A stretch of DNA of 59,990 nt, filler included, from Dugesia japonica (lineage: Eukaryota): the NCBI GenBank assembly GCA_001938525.1. It is 5 parts of 5 records of this genome, joined end to end, with 100 filler letters (N's around TTAATTAATTAA, not from the genome) between each part and the next. Parts side by side here need not be neighbours in the genome. Positions count along the whole stretch, not along the records: positions 1 to 9,922 come from MQRL01643449.1; positions 10,023 to 25,122 come from MQRL01633677.1; 3 more parts are not named here. The stretch is one strand, 5' to 3'. This document shows positions 1 to 10,930 of the stretch, one piece after another. Under the pieces are notes generated by a model. The model saw nothing but the letters and a program-made list of their open reading frames with translations. It was not told the DNA's origin and made no database searches. The translations under genes and the position numbers were made by a program. Position 1 is the stretch's first letter, and the number at the start of each line of letters is the position of its first letter.

Positions 1-2
1 AT

Positions 3-1367
3 CAATCAGAAATATCTTATTGCATTTGGTGCACGAGAAATAAAGAATTTTTGCCATGCGTGAAATGTAACTATAAATGCTGTTACGATTGTATCACTAA
101 CAATCTAGGAACGCTCTATATCGACTCTGTCAATGAAAAGAATTGGTTGTGTTTTGTTTGTGATTGTGATCCAATTGAAAATCTACAAAAAGAATATTAT
201 AAGTTCAGTAAATTATTGAGAAATGAAATCGAACCATTGGCTCCCGAAGGAGCTGCGTCGTCTATTGATATAACATCTCCCTATATTCTTGTTGACGAAT
301 CTGAAGATTCATATAAAAAATTTAGTCGAAAAACTGCTATAGGATCTCAAGATTTGGATTCAATTTTGAATATGTATGAAAAGCAAATCAAAGCATCATT
401 GGAACTGGAAGATGCCAATATTCCGTCAATATTGTCTGAAATCAACTCAATTAAAACTGAGCATTTATCCACAGCGATTCACTCAATAAAAAAATGTTTA
501 TCAGCATTTGCTAGTGACCTCACCAATCTTGAATCGCGAGTTTCTCAGGCCGTAACAACAAATAACCAATTGACATTGAACAAACTCACGTCATTATTAC
601 GTATTCTAATTCAGCATCATATTTTCAATAGGCTGTCTCACCCTAAAGCAAGAATTCAAGATGATTTGAAGGCTTCATCAAATGATAAATCGTCATCGAA
701 TAATGCCATAGTAATTCCACCAATCAACAATAATAACAATAACAACCAGAAAATGGTGTTTATTGTTGATCCGAAATACTTGAAAAATACGAAAAGGAAA
801 TTACCTGTAGAGAAATTAGCTGTGGATTTAAACAACGGAAAATCTAAAGATTTCACAATCAGTGATCTATCGAGAATAATCAATACTCTTGCTAGCAATG
901 GTGGCAATAAGCGTTCTATGAGTGTCGATGGAAATTCGTCTCAAGGATTTGTTGCTAAACGAGCGAGATTTTATGAGGAAGAATCGAGGGAATCTGTGGA
1001 GTTGAAAGCTGAACGTCAAAGAAGATCTCTGATAACTCCGTCTTGGTTGAGTGATTTCAAAGTGGAAAAAGAAAACGATAACATCCCATTGGAAGAGAAA
1101 GATAGTGTTGCTGGGGACGATGATGATGATGATGAATGGACAGATTATCGGTTCAAAGACGATTTAGCTCCCCGAAAACGAGGAAGGCCTCCAAAATTTC
1201 CGAAATCTAGTCCGCCTGAAATGAATAATGATTTGATGAGTGATTTACCGAAAAGAGCTCGAGGAAGACCGAAAAAAAATCTTAATCTAAATGATAAACA
1301 ACCCCGATTTTATATTCCAAAATTGAATGGCGATGCATTGCTAACAATTGATAACAATGATATTTAG
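3..1367 (+). CDS. ADD (ATRX-DNMT3-DNMT3L)-type PHD finger + AT-hook chromatin protein, paralogue 1 (5' end outside window)
   Basis: Frame is open from base 3: YCIWCTRNKEFLPCVKCNYKCCYDCITNNLG...NWLCFVCDCDPI matches the ATRX ADD PHD pattern (CxWC...CxxC...CxxCIxxNLG...WxCxxCxxxP). C-terminal RKRGRPPK and RARGRPKK are AT-hooks. Stop TAG at 1365-1367. The ORF-track start at 51 is an internal TTG. Confidence 0.85.
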   Translation, partial: QSEISYCIWCTRNKEFLPCVKCNYKCCYDCITNNLGTLYIDSVNEKNWLCFVCDCDPIENLQKEYYKFSKLLRNEIEPLAPEGAASSIDITSPYILVDESEDSYKKFSRKTAIGSQDLDSILNMYEKQIKASLELEDANIPSILSEINSIKTEHLSTAIHSIKKCLSAFASDLTNLESRVSQAVTTNNQLTLNKLTSLLRILIQHHIFNRLSHPKARIQDDLKASSNDKSSSNNAIVIPPINNNNNNNQKMVFIVDPKYLKNTKRKLPVEKLAVDLNNGKSKDFTISDLSRIINTLASNGGNKRSMSVDGNSSQGFVAKRARFYEEESRESVELKAERQRRSLITPSWLSDFKVEKENDNIPLEEKDSVAGDDDDDDEWTDYRFKDDLAPRKRGRPPKFPKSSPPEMNNDLMSDLPKRARGRPKKNLNLNDKQPRFYIPKLNGDALLTIDNNDI

Positions 1368-2739
1368 ATCTTTTCCCATCACTTTTGTGTGTTATTCATT
1401 TATTATTAGTGAAATTGTGTTTGTGTGTGACCTTGTCTGTGTGTGTTTGTGTTTGTGTGTGATTACATCAAATTGTTTAATAATGGGATTGTATATATAC
1501 AAATCATATTTTATAGCATTTGTTATTCGATTTCTTTGAAAAAATTCTCAGTAAAGAGAAAAGTATTAACCATTCTCTTTATTTTATTGATTGACTCTAT
1601 TATAAAAACATGAAATGGAACGTCCATTTATTATGCAATATTAATGCTCCCATACATTTATTGGCCTTCATTATGGGTGCGTAGAAATTAGCATCTCTAT
1701 CTATGTTACTAAGCATACATAGAAATATTAGGTTTTAACATAATTAAGGACGCGTAATATTATTTGTTTCATGTTGCTATTTGTGCTATCTCTTTGATAC
1801 CAATGGAGCAAGTTCTTGTATTTTTTCTTGAGTCGGCTTCATTATGAAATGGAAATGAAAATANNNNNNNNNNNNNNNNNNNNNNNNNNNNNNNNNNNNN
1901 NNNNNNNNNNNNNNNNNNNAAGGTCTAAAATGCTGTGATTTTACTGGTGTATAGACTGTCCTTTGTAATAGAAGCTGCGAAAATTTAAACAGTTAGGTGT
2001 ATTGGAAGTGTGTGACCATCGCTAAGACAGAAGTGTCGCGAAAGGAAGCCCCTCAAGAGTGAACTGGGATAATTAAGCTTTTGAAAGATAACGGTTAACA
2101 AGATCAGTAAGACATGTCGAAAATGTGCATCCAGCTTAAGCACCGAATTTCGCTAGGATTATCACATTTTTCTCTTTGAGGAACTTCTTGCGTCTACGTC
2201 AGTTGAGAACATAAAATATAGTCAAAGCCATCATTTGTGAGTATTTAGAGTCGAAAGATCGAGTTTTTGTGACTAGTATTACTCCGCTTCTGAAACAGTG
2301 CTTCCAAGTACACAACAATGGTGGAGGATACCTGATATTTTGTGTTTAAATGAATTTTTGCTACAACCTATTATTTGAAAATTCTGCATCAAAATAATTT
2401 TTTATAAAATAAGCTAAATATAGTTTTTAGATNNNNNNNNNNNNNNNNNNNNNNNNNNNNNNNNNNNNNNNNNNNNNNNNNNNNNNNNNNNNNNNNNNNN
2501 NNNNNNNNNNNNNNNNNNNNNNNNNNNNNNNNNNNNNNNNNNNNNNNNNNNNNNNNNNNNNNNNNNNNNNNAAAAAATGTTCAACACAAGAAAGGTCTAA
2601 AATGCTGTGATTTTACTGGTGTATAGACTGTCCTTTGTAATAGAAAATTTCTAGAGTTTTTGAACTTTCGTTTCTCAAGTACTTTTCTAATCTCGATATG
2701 ACAGAAATAGAATGGGTTATACACTTATTCATGGAGTTT

Positions 2740-3015
2740 GAAGCTGAAAATCTTGAAAAGTAGCTTGAAGAGTATTTTAGAAAATTATTTAGTTTTGAAA
2801 GGAATCGTTGCTGAAAACGAACTTCNTGAGTTTTGGACATCTTCAGACATCAAATTTCCTCTATTGAGCAACAAAGCAAGAGAGTTCTTTTACCATTTGG
2901 AATTCTTTGCGAGCATGGATTTTTAGAGCTCACAGAAATAAAGTCAAAGAAGCGTGAGATGCTTTAAATGGTTGACGAGGAACTGCGTGTTTGTTTTTAT
3001 GGGATTGCTCCTAGA
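2740..3015 (+). mobile_element. Decayed hAT (Buster/ZBED5/FAM200-like) transposase C-terminal dimerisation region
   Basis: FWTSSDIKFPLLSNKARE..LPFG..LTEIKSKKRE..MVDEELRVC across frameshifts resembles the Buster-type hAT C-terminus. Confidence 0.7.
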
Positions 3016-4030
3016 GAAACAATAAAATTTCAAGATGAATTGCAGAAACCAATCAATATGCTTTTAAATTTTTGCTTTTTCTAAATGGTTAATTCATATT
3101 TTATTTTTACTCAAAAACTGTATTTTCTGATTATTTGTTTTTTATTCTTTTGGTTCCTACTTTCTGGCTACTCATCTTAATTTAACAGAATATCTTCAAG
3201 TTTATTCTCGTCTTTTTTGCTTTGTTCACATATATTCTTCGAGATCCGGATACATGCATACCTTCACGTGTAAGTGTTATTTCGATGCATTTTGCTTGAC
3301 TGAGACAATTTATTTCCGTGGTCGGAATAGATGATTTTATGCAGTATTATGACTTTTTTCGACTATTTATTTATAGTTTACAATTTGGCTTTTGCATCTT
3401 AATTGATTTTATATTCACTCATTTTATTTGGTTCGCTGTGATTCTAATTTTTTTATCATCTTATTTTATTCCATTTATTTTTATATAATCCTTCTTTTAA
3501 ATCAAATGTTTTATTTTAATTAGTTCTATTTTTATAAGGGACTATTTTTTATTAAGGTGCCAATTATACTCTTTCTTTGTTTTAATCCACTGATGATTTA
3601 GATTGTTATTTCCACGAATTATTTTTCTTTTGTTCGGGTTTACTGATTTATTCTTTTATTCTTCTTTTATATAGCAATTTCTGCTTACTTGGGATCTGTT
3701 TCATTTGAATTCCTATTCATCTTTATTGATAGATGGTTATGTGGCCCTCTGTTCTTTCTTACTTAATTAGTTGTTTACATAACAAATAGATTGTAAACAC
3801 TTCAACCATGTTATAAAAAACCTTTTCTACAGATTTACTTTAATTTTATAGCTAAAAATTAATTTAATGCCACCATTAATTTTCCCTTATTGATTAAGTA
3901 TCGGGAAACACTTGTGCTAGACCAGTTTACTATTCTTCACTATTCTCAAGTTTAAATAAAAAAAAGTAAATAAATGTGAAATTTAAAACGATCAGCATTA
4001 TATTTTGGTAAAATTAATTTTTATTACTTA

Positions 4031-4200
4031 CTAGTCATACTCGGCTACGCATTGCTGTGACTCAGTATAGTTGAATGAAACAGAAAAGAAAAGAAAATGA
4101 ATACGTTTCTAATATATTTAATTTTACAATGCTTGTGGATATGCAATATTTTTTGTTGTTCCTTTGGGCCAGATGGGCCATAAGATGATATAAAATTTAC
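4031..4200 (-). mobile_element. Helitron 3' end
   Basis: Minus strand encodes ...PKGTTKNIAYPQAL* (end of a Helitron Pif1 helicase). It is followed by a degenerate subterminal hairpin (GTCACAGCAATGCGTAGC) and terminal CTAG followed by T. Confidence 0.75.
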
Positions 4201-6354
4201 TATAGGATATTCGTATCTATGCACAGGTAATTTCTTCAGATTGTTATTCTGTTTGCACGATTATCTTACATCAACATTAAGGCATACAATGACGAAATTG
4301 GTTTTTAAGAATATTTTCCATAGAACTTAGCAGTACTTTGAAGGGAAAATATTACAAAGAGATAAATAATAAATTTTGGGATTTTTTGTAAAAAATAATA
4401 TCAACTCGTAAAATAACGCTTTATCAGAACATAGCAAATATTTCTATAAAAAGAGAATGTATTTATGCATGTATAAAAGCAATTTAAAAAATTGTTCTCA
4501 TTTATTTATAAGCGCAATATTTTTTTGTAATGAAATACGAAATTACGNAGTAATTCTCATTTCAGTACTGGTATTTCAAAATTGAAAAATCGACTTGTAT
4601 ACTAGAATTCCGTGATTGGACGTTCTAATCAACACTAGTTACAATAAAATAACATTTATTGACGATGGTTTATTTTCTATAGATAGCAAAATACTTGAGG
4701 AAATTAACAACAAGAGTGAAAACTCACTTTGGGTCAAATGGTAGGTCCGTTGTCCTAAAGATCGATGGTTTTAACAGTTTGCTTTCATGTTTTGAATTTA
4801 TTGAAGAATAGAATCAATACGTTTAAAGAGAGAGAACGAATTTGCAACATTACAACAGAATGATAACTAACATCATTAAGTCCTATTCATATAGAGTAGC
4901 TGAACTATTCAAAAATTAACGAATATTGTTGAAACAGAACTGGAATCCGAACGAAACTGATATGTCTTATTGTAAATACATGCTAATAATCAAGATTGGC
5001 TTCATCCACCAATCATCTGCAAATCAAAATAAGTTTTAATTTCCACTGATGGAATTGAACTAAGAAGATATTTGAAAACATTTTGGAAAGTCATCGTTTT
5101 TATATTCGGCTGAAAAGAAGAAAATAACTTCATTCGTACAGAGACGTAAGAAGGCATTTGTAAATGGGCACTTGTAATAGGTTCATTTATCAAAGATCTA
5201 CTCAGAAAATGAAGTGAAGCTTTCTTAATTTTATTCTGATAAAAATTTGTATTAATTTAATTATTTACCGAGTGTTCCCAAATCATTGCTGTGGTTCTGT
5301 GTTGATCAATAATGAAAAATACTGCTCGTAAAACGTAACTCCTTCAGNTTCCATATAATAATATTTTCGAATTTTGTTTAAAGATAAGCATAAAAATTTA
5401 CGAAAATTTTGATTGTCTAATAACACTTTCGATTAAATAATTTTTTTTATAATAAAAACAAACAATAACTCATACGAAGTGTAAGAATATGGGATAGACT
5501 TGGATTAATTCATAAATAAATTTCAAATCCATATGGCAATTGAGTAAGAAAAAAAATCTGTTAAAAAGGTGTCGTGAGCATCAAATAAATTACGTGTGCA
5601 AATGTTCTGTTCCCAAGGATAAATTATTACTGTGTGCAATCTGATATTTTATTACAATTTGTAATTATTGTTTGTATTAAAGATGAATTAATTATTGATT
5701 GCAAATTAATCAATGAAATTCTATCAACAGGTAATTAAATTACATTACCAAGAATAGACAAACGCAAATCCAAACCATTACAAATAAAGTTAAGATAATT
5801 TCAATTTTAATGGAGGATTAATACGAAATTTNAACCTAATTGATTTTGAGATTTATGGAAACTAAATTATGAAGAACATGGATAATTATTTAAAATTTCA
5901 GATTGTTAGTGTCTACGGAAATTGTTATGTAAATCATTTATTAGGAAAAAACAAATTTATCTGCCACGTTGAATTTTTAGAAAACTAATTTAAACAAATC
6001 TTTTCAAAAATTTAACCTTTTTAATTAATTAAACAATAAATTGTGGAAATAGAAATTTTTTGTATTAAATTAATTATTTAAATCAACAGAAAATGAATCA
6101 ATATCCAAAATGTAAAAAAGAAGAGTGTATGTCAATTAACATATTAAACAAATAGCCAATCATATCATTTCTTGAATCCGATTGAAATTCGAAATTTATT
6201 ATGAGAATCGAAATGAATTTTAAAAACATATTTACAAATTTAAAAAGCGAATACCGGGCAAAAATGTGAGCACAGAAAAACAATAACAAAATTGCAATAT
6301 CTATTACAAAACTAATCTATACTGTACAAAAGATGCCGATTATAAAGTTTATGA

Positions 6355-8016
6355 TTATTTTGAATCCGACATATCAGACGAATTGCGCAGATCTTCATGA
6401 GAACCGTTTGATGTTTCTCCAGTGTGGCCAACGAAATCGAAATATTTTCGAGGACGTCCGCGTTTCTTCTTGGGTTCATCTGAATCGTTGATGCTGTTGT
6501 TAAACGTTGGAGAAATACCCCGTTTCAATGGTTCACTTGTCGATAAACGTGGTCTTCCACGCACAGGAACAACGACTGTCGTATCGAAGGTCGGTTTGGG
6601 AATGATTACAGTTTTACTGAGTATCTTTGAGATATCGTCACTGAGAATGCTCTTTCTATTGGTTGGGATGATAAATTTCGCTGCAGGGAGAGACGTGCGT
6701 TCCCATGACCAGGTTTTGTGAGATGTTGGCTGTTTGATAATATCTTCATCATCGAGACAATCGAGAGATTTTTCACTGTTCTCCTTCAATACAAACGGTC
6801 TCTCATATTGAATTGGAGCTGGACTAACAAGATGAGAATTTTTGTTTCGATTGGTTATTGGAATAAACTTTTTCAGATCAGAATTATAATGACCTCCTTC
6901 ACTCATCGATTGACACGACGACAAATTATTGAAATCAAGATTAAATTCACAACTCGTTTCTTCTTTGATATCGATAGTATTTGTTCGAGAAAGACTCGAT
7001 TTGTCATTCATAATATTCGATTTGATGGGATTTATTTTCTTTTCTGCTGTTGTTTTTGTACTCAATTCTCCCCAGGACAACCTTTTCGGACTGAGTCGAG
7101 TTTCGAACGACTTTTTACCGAGTTTGGAAGAACTGGTGATATGGCGATGATTTGATTCCTCTTCGCTATCATCGATTGATTTGAAAACTGTTGTTGCCTG
7201 ACTCAAATCTGAATGGAGAGCATTGATTGGCGGAATTATGATGTTCGATTCGGATCTTAAACGCACACTTCTTCGTTCGATATCCGATGATCGTTTAGAA
7301 CGTTTCCGTTTTGATAATTGATTTTCTTTTGAAGGGGTACTGAACATTTCCGAGTTGAGATTCGGTGAATTCTTCATATCAAATTGTAATTGGATCTTAT
7401 TTAGTTGATCGATTTGAGAGGAAATCAATGATAACGATTGTACAGAAGGAATAACAATTCGTTTATCACATAGATTATTATCATCATCTTCTTTCGTTTC
7501 AACAATCTCAAAATTACTCGTCAATCTGTCTTCATCAGCCAAACATTCTGGAGATCTTTGTACGCGTTCATAATCGTTATTTTCAGGACTGTTTTTCGAT
7601 ATTTCCATTCGACTATGTTCCATTAAATACACATAATTATCTTCATTATTCAATGTGTTCATAGGCTCTTCATTAACAATACAATGCTGAGGTCGGCCTA
7701 ACCTCTTAAAAACGTGATGTTTCATAACGACTTTCATTAGAGGCATCAAAACGGTTTTTATATCATTAGTTCGATGTTCAGTTACCGCTCTATTAACCAT
7801 AGTTTCAATTTTTTGTACATCGTGTAACATAGAATAAATATTCATTTTTATCACATCAAATAATCGAGGCAACTTCTCATTATCAATTGCATCGATGTTT
7901 ATTAATAAATCATGAATTGAATTAGCCAATTTGTCATTACTAAATAATCCCTCATATCTATGAAGCATATCATACATTTCACGATCTTTTAAATAACCAT
8001 TATTATCATTAATAAC
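6355..8016 (-). CDS. ADD + AT-hook paralogue 2, exon 3 (helical region, disordered linker, AT-hooks); spliced product 642 aa
   Basis: Acceptor TTTTTCGTTAG joins in frame (VINDNNGYLKDREMYD...). The region is alignable to paralogue 1. AT-hooks PVRGRPR and KKRGRPRK. Stop TAA at 6355. Confidence 0.85.
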   Translation of the reverse strand, partial: VINDNNGYLKDREMYDMLHRYEGLFSNDKLANSIHDLLINIDAIDNEKLPRLFDVIKMNIYSMLHDVQKIETMVNRAVTEHRTNDIKTVLMPLMKVVMKHHVFKRLGRPQHCIVNEEPMNTLNNEDNYVYLMEHSRMEISKNSPENNDYERVQRSPECLADEDRLTSNFEIVETKEDDDNNLCDKRIVIPSVQSLSLISSQIDQLNKIQLQFDMKNSPNLNSEMFSTPSKENQLSKRKRSKRSSDIERRSVRLRSESNIIIPPINALHSDLSQATTVFKSIDDSEEESNHRHITSSSKLGKKSFETRLSPKRLSWGELSTKTTAEKKINPIKSNIMNDKSSLSRTNTIDIKEETSCEFNLDFNNLSSCQSMSEGGHYNSDLKKFIPITNRNKNSHLVSPAPIQYERPFVLKENSEKSLDCLDDEDIIKQPTSHKTWSWERTSLPAAKFIIPTNRKSILSDDISKILSKTVIIPKPTFDTTVVVPVRGRPRLSTSEPLKRGISPTFNNSINDSDEPKKKRGRPRKYFDFVGHTGETSNGSHEDLRNSSDMSDSK

Positions 8017-8062
8017 CTAACGAAAAACTTGAATAAATATTAAAGTCAATGTACTCACTTAC

Positions 8063-8230
8063 ATCTGTTAATTCAAAACAACCACAAATAAAACAAACAC
8101 ACTTCGATTCATCATTTAAATGACCTCCCTTAACACAAAATTTACAGAAGTTTCTTTTACAATTTTTGCAATGAATTAAAGCTCGACTTTCACACCAATA
8201 ACATAATCCAGACATATTGTTGTGATGAAG
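8063..8230 (-). CDS. ADD + AT-hook paralogue 2, exon 2 (PHD/ADD finger)
   Basis: LCYWCESRALIHCKNCKRNFCKFCVKGG...KCVCFICGC. Acceptor TTTCAG, donor GTAAGT, phase 0, then a 46-nt intron (8017-8062). Confidence 0.8.
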
Positions 8231-8304
8231 CTGAAATAAATTTTTAATAAAACAATAAAAGGAATCAAAAATTAGATAAAAAAATTTATTTAGCACATTC
8301 TAAC

Positions 8305-8403
8305 CTTTAACATTAATTTTAAAGTAGTAGTATTTTCGTTAGTAGAAAATAAATGGCTAAATTTCTCATTTAGATTCATTAAATCATCAAGCACATTTAC
8401 CAT
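8305..8403 (-). CDS. ADD + AT-hook paralogue 2, exon 1
   Basis: ATG at 8403 (first in-frame ATG after a TAA). Encodes MVNVLDD...KLMLK, ends AAG|GTTAGA, phase 0, then a 74-nt intron (8231-8304) ending TTTCAG. Confidence 0.65.
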
Positions 8404-8874
8404 TTGTAACACATAATAATATAATTTAGAGACTGATATTTAAAAAGTTAGAACGCATTGAATTATGTAAGGAAAATATTAAATACGACTTACAATTAAT
8501 ATTCTGAATTCGCTCTTAAGATAATGCAAATTTAAACAAAATTTAAAGTATTAAAATATTTACTTGTTTAAAATTTATAATTTTTAAATATTTAGAATTT
8601 TGTCATTAATAAACAACAGAATTTATTAATGTTTGTTTTTTCAATTTTTTAAATATTTTTTCCAAAATATGATCAAATTTATAATGAATTGTAATAAATA
8701 CTAATTACTTTACATACGTATACACAAATTTTAAATTAAAACAAACAACTTTGATGTTTAAATATGAAATTACAGAATAATTAAATAAAGCATGTAAAAT
8801 AAAAATATTTATTAATTCATCAAAAAACTCAATTTTTTAAAAGATTCATATATTGAATGCAAAAATGTCATGCA

Positions 8875-9114
8875 CTAAAATTGCTTCCTTCGTTTTCCAG
8901 CTTTCACAACGTATTTGTTTATTAGGTTCACAGTAATCCAAATAATAGTGAGAATACACCATCCAAATAATAAGCCAACTACACCATGAACATATTTACT
9001 TGAAACATTTGTGTCATAAAATATGTATTTGTTGGGTTCCTTATTGGCTTCTTCCAAAGTTATGGCTTGTGCTAAAGTAACGACGAGACTAAAAAGAAAA
9101 AGTGCACTATTCAT
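8875..9114 (-). CDS. Small (79 aa) type I membrane protein of unknown function
   Basis: Signal peptide MNSALFLFSLVVTLAQA, ~24-aa ectodomain, TM segment VHGVVGLLFGWCILTIIWITV and basic tail KAGKRRKQF. Intact single-exon ORF. Confidence 0.7.
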   Translation of the reverse strand: MNSALFLFSLVVTLAQAITLEEANKEPNKYIFYDTNVSSKYVHGVVGLLFGWCILTIIWITVNLINKYVVKAGKRRKQF

Positions 9115-9922
9115 ATTAAAAAAAATTTAACTAATTAATAATATCATAGATTATATATAAGTACACACATGAACTGGTGTGTTTTATTGGATCAATTGCT
9201 GTTGTTTTAACGTGTTTTTTCTTACGTAATTTTCAGTTTTCATGTAATAAATTAGGGAGCTTGAAGTTTGTTTATATTTACATACTTTTTACATTTGATA
9301 ATATCAGCTGATTTTTTAAATGTAATTTAACTCTATCGATAGATTTTTACATCATTTAAAAGATTAATTACAAAAAATTATAGATCGTCGATTTTAATTT
9401 TTTAAACTTAATTTTTATAAGATTGTTAATTTCACAACTTTCTTGGAATTATCTTTTTATTATTTAGATTTTTATAGAATTGTTTACTTTTAAATTTTTT
9501 AAGTTTTCGAAATAAACTACTATTTTTATTGTTCTTTTAATTAATATTTAATTAGTATTCTTGATTTCTTATATATAATGTATTTATAAACAAAAAATCG
9601 TAAAATAACAATTCGAAATATAAAAATAACCGTAAAAATCCGAAGAACTCAGAAAATACCGAAAAAATTTTCTTGATAAAAAAAATTGATAAAAACAAAA
9701 ATTAAATAAAATAAGCAATCTAAGAAAATTGTGAAACCATAAAATATAAAAACAATTTAGACCCAATTAATATATCCGGAAAATGACTAAAACAATATTG
9801 TTGTCTGTATTTCAAAAAACATTAATTACGTTATGGAATTATAGGACCACAACACAAAAATAAATGAATTTTAAACATGCGAACATATGGGTGCCAAGTA
9901 TCCAGTTTTGAACCGGACAGTC

Positions 9923-10022
9923 NNNNNNNNNNNNNNNNNNNNNNNNNNNNNNNNNNNNNNNNNNNNTTAATTAATTAANNNNNNNNNNNNNNNNNNNNNN
10001 NNNNNNNNNNNNNNNNNNNNNN
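9923..10022. other. Artificial scaffold-joining spacer
   Basis: 44 N + TTAATTAATTAA (stops in all frames) + 44 N. Confidence 0.95.
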
Positions 10023-10369
10023 TTATTAGTATTATTATAATAAATTTGGCATTTACAATACTTTATTAAATTATCTATTTGTTAAAAAAATTATTCCAAT
10101 TAAAATTTACACATTTCATATCGTATTTTAAGTGATATATTTAAATTTCTATATTACTATTAAGTTATCATAAAATATTGTTTAAAAGTATTAATTTTTT
10201 TTATGAAAAAATATTTTTAATATATTTTAAATAAATAAATATTTTAAATGAATATTTTTTTCGTGAATCACAAAGATTTTTGATTGTAAATGTAGTTTTT
10301 TTAAAGTTATATTTTTATAAAGCTGATTTATTAATTTAAAATTGAATTGCTTTTATACAATAAATCTAT

Positions 10370-10930
10370 TGAATGTCAGAACAATTCACTTTAATGACTC
10401 CAACTAATTGGGTAGCCTATTCATCTGATAGATAGGGTCATTGGGAAAACATCCTGAAAATAAATAGTCATTAAACTACAGCCAAGAACGCCAGGAAATA
10501 TCGAATTGAGAAGATAGCTATTTCTGTATGACAGACTTACTCTCTAGTGTAAAATTTAATTGAAAATTTAAATTACACCTAAAAGCCTTTCCATGTAAGC
10601 GTACCTAATATCAATTAGAAGAAGCTGGAGTTGTTGCTTGTTGTCGATATAATACTCGCCACGTGAAAGACACAAGAATAACCTGTGTGCCTGTAGATTT
10701 TGTACATCAGACATTTGGTGTTTGTGTGTCTTGAGAGAGTCAATCACAATGCAATGTCGGTGCTGGGTAAAATTAATTACCTACTCCAATATGCGTCTAT
10801 GGAGGTAACCCATTAGCTGAGGATACGATCTCCATTAAGTAAAATGACATATTCTTGTTAACCTCCGATCAATTTCCTTTCTAGCTTTTCGTCTAGGCTT
10901 CCAAAGTGATTAAGTCTGCATTCATTGAAA
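10370..10930 (+). mobile_element. Possible decayed LINE (RTE-like) AP-endonuclease fragment
   Basis: LNVRTI and NARKYRIEKIAIS resemble the APE N-terminal motifs (WNVRT, KYxIDIAALSE). Many stops. Confidence 0.35.

Noticed and set aside
1920-2645. Identical 54-bp segment at 1920-1973 and 2592-2645
   Set aside because: Both copies are next to N gaps; cannot be separated from a haplotype or assembly artefact.
4660-5220. Coding-like composition between the two ADD genes (including ORF 5002-5193)
   Set aside because: No recognisable motif or consistent splice model.
6422-7155. Plus-strand ORFs 6422-6721, 6718-7155, 6929-7150 (and minus-strand 656-907)
   Set aside because: Antisense shadows of the real ADD/AT-hook coding exons.
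9967-9978. Recurrent palindrome TTAATTAATTAA as a regulatory site
   Set aside because: Always centred in 44+44 Ns: a synthetic linker.
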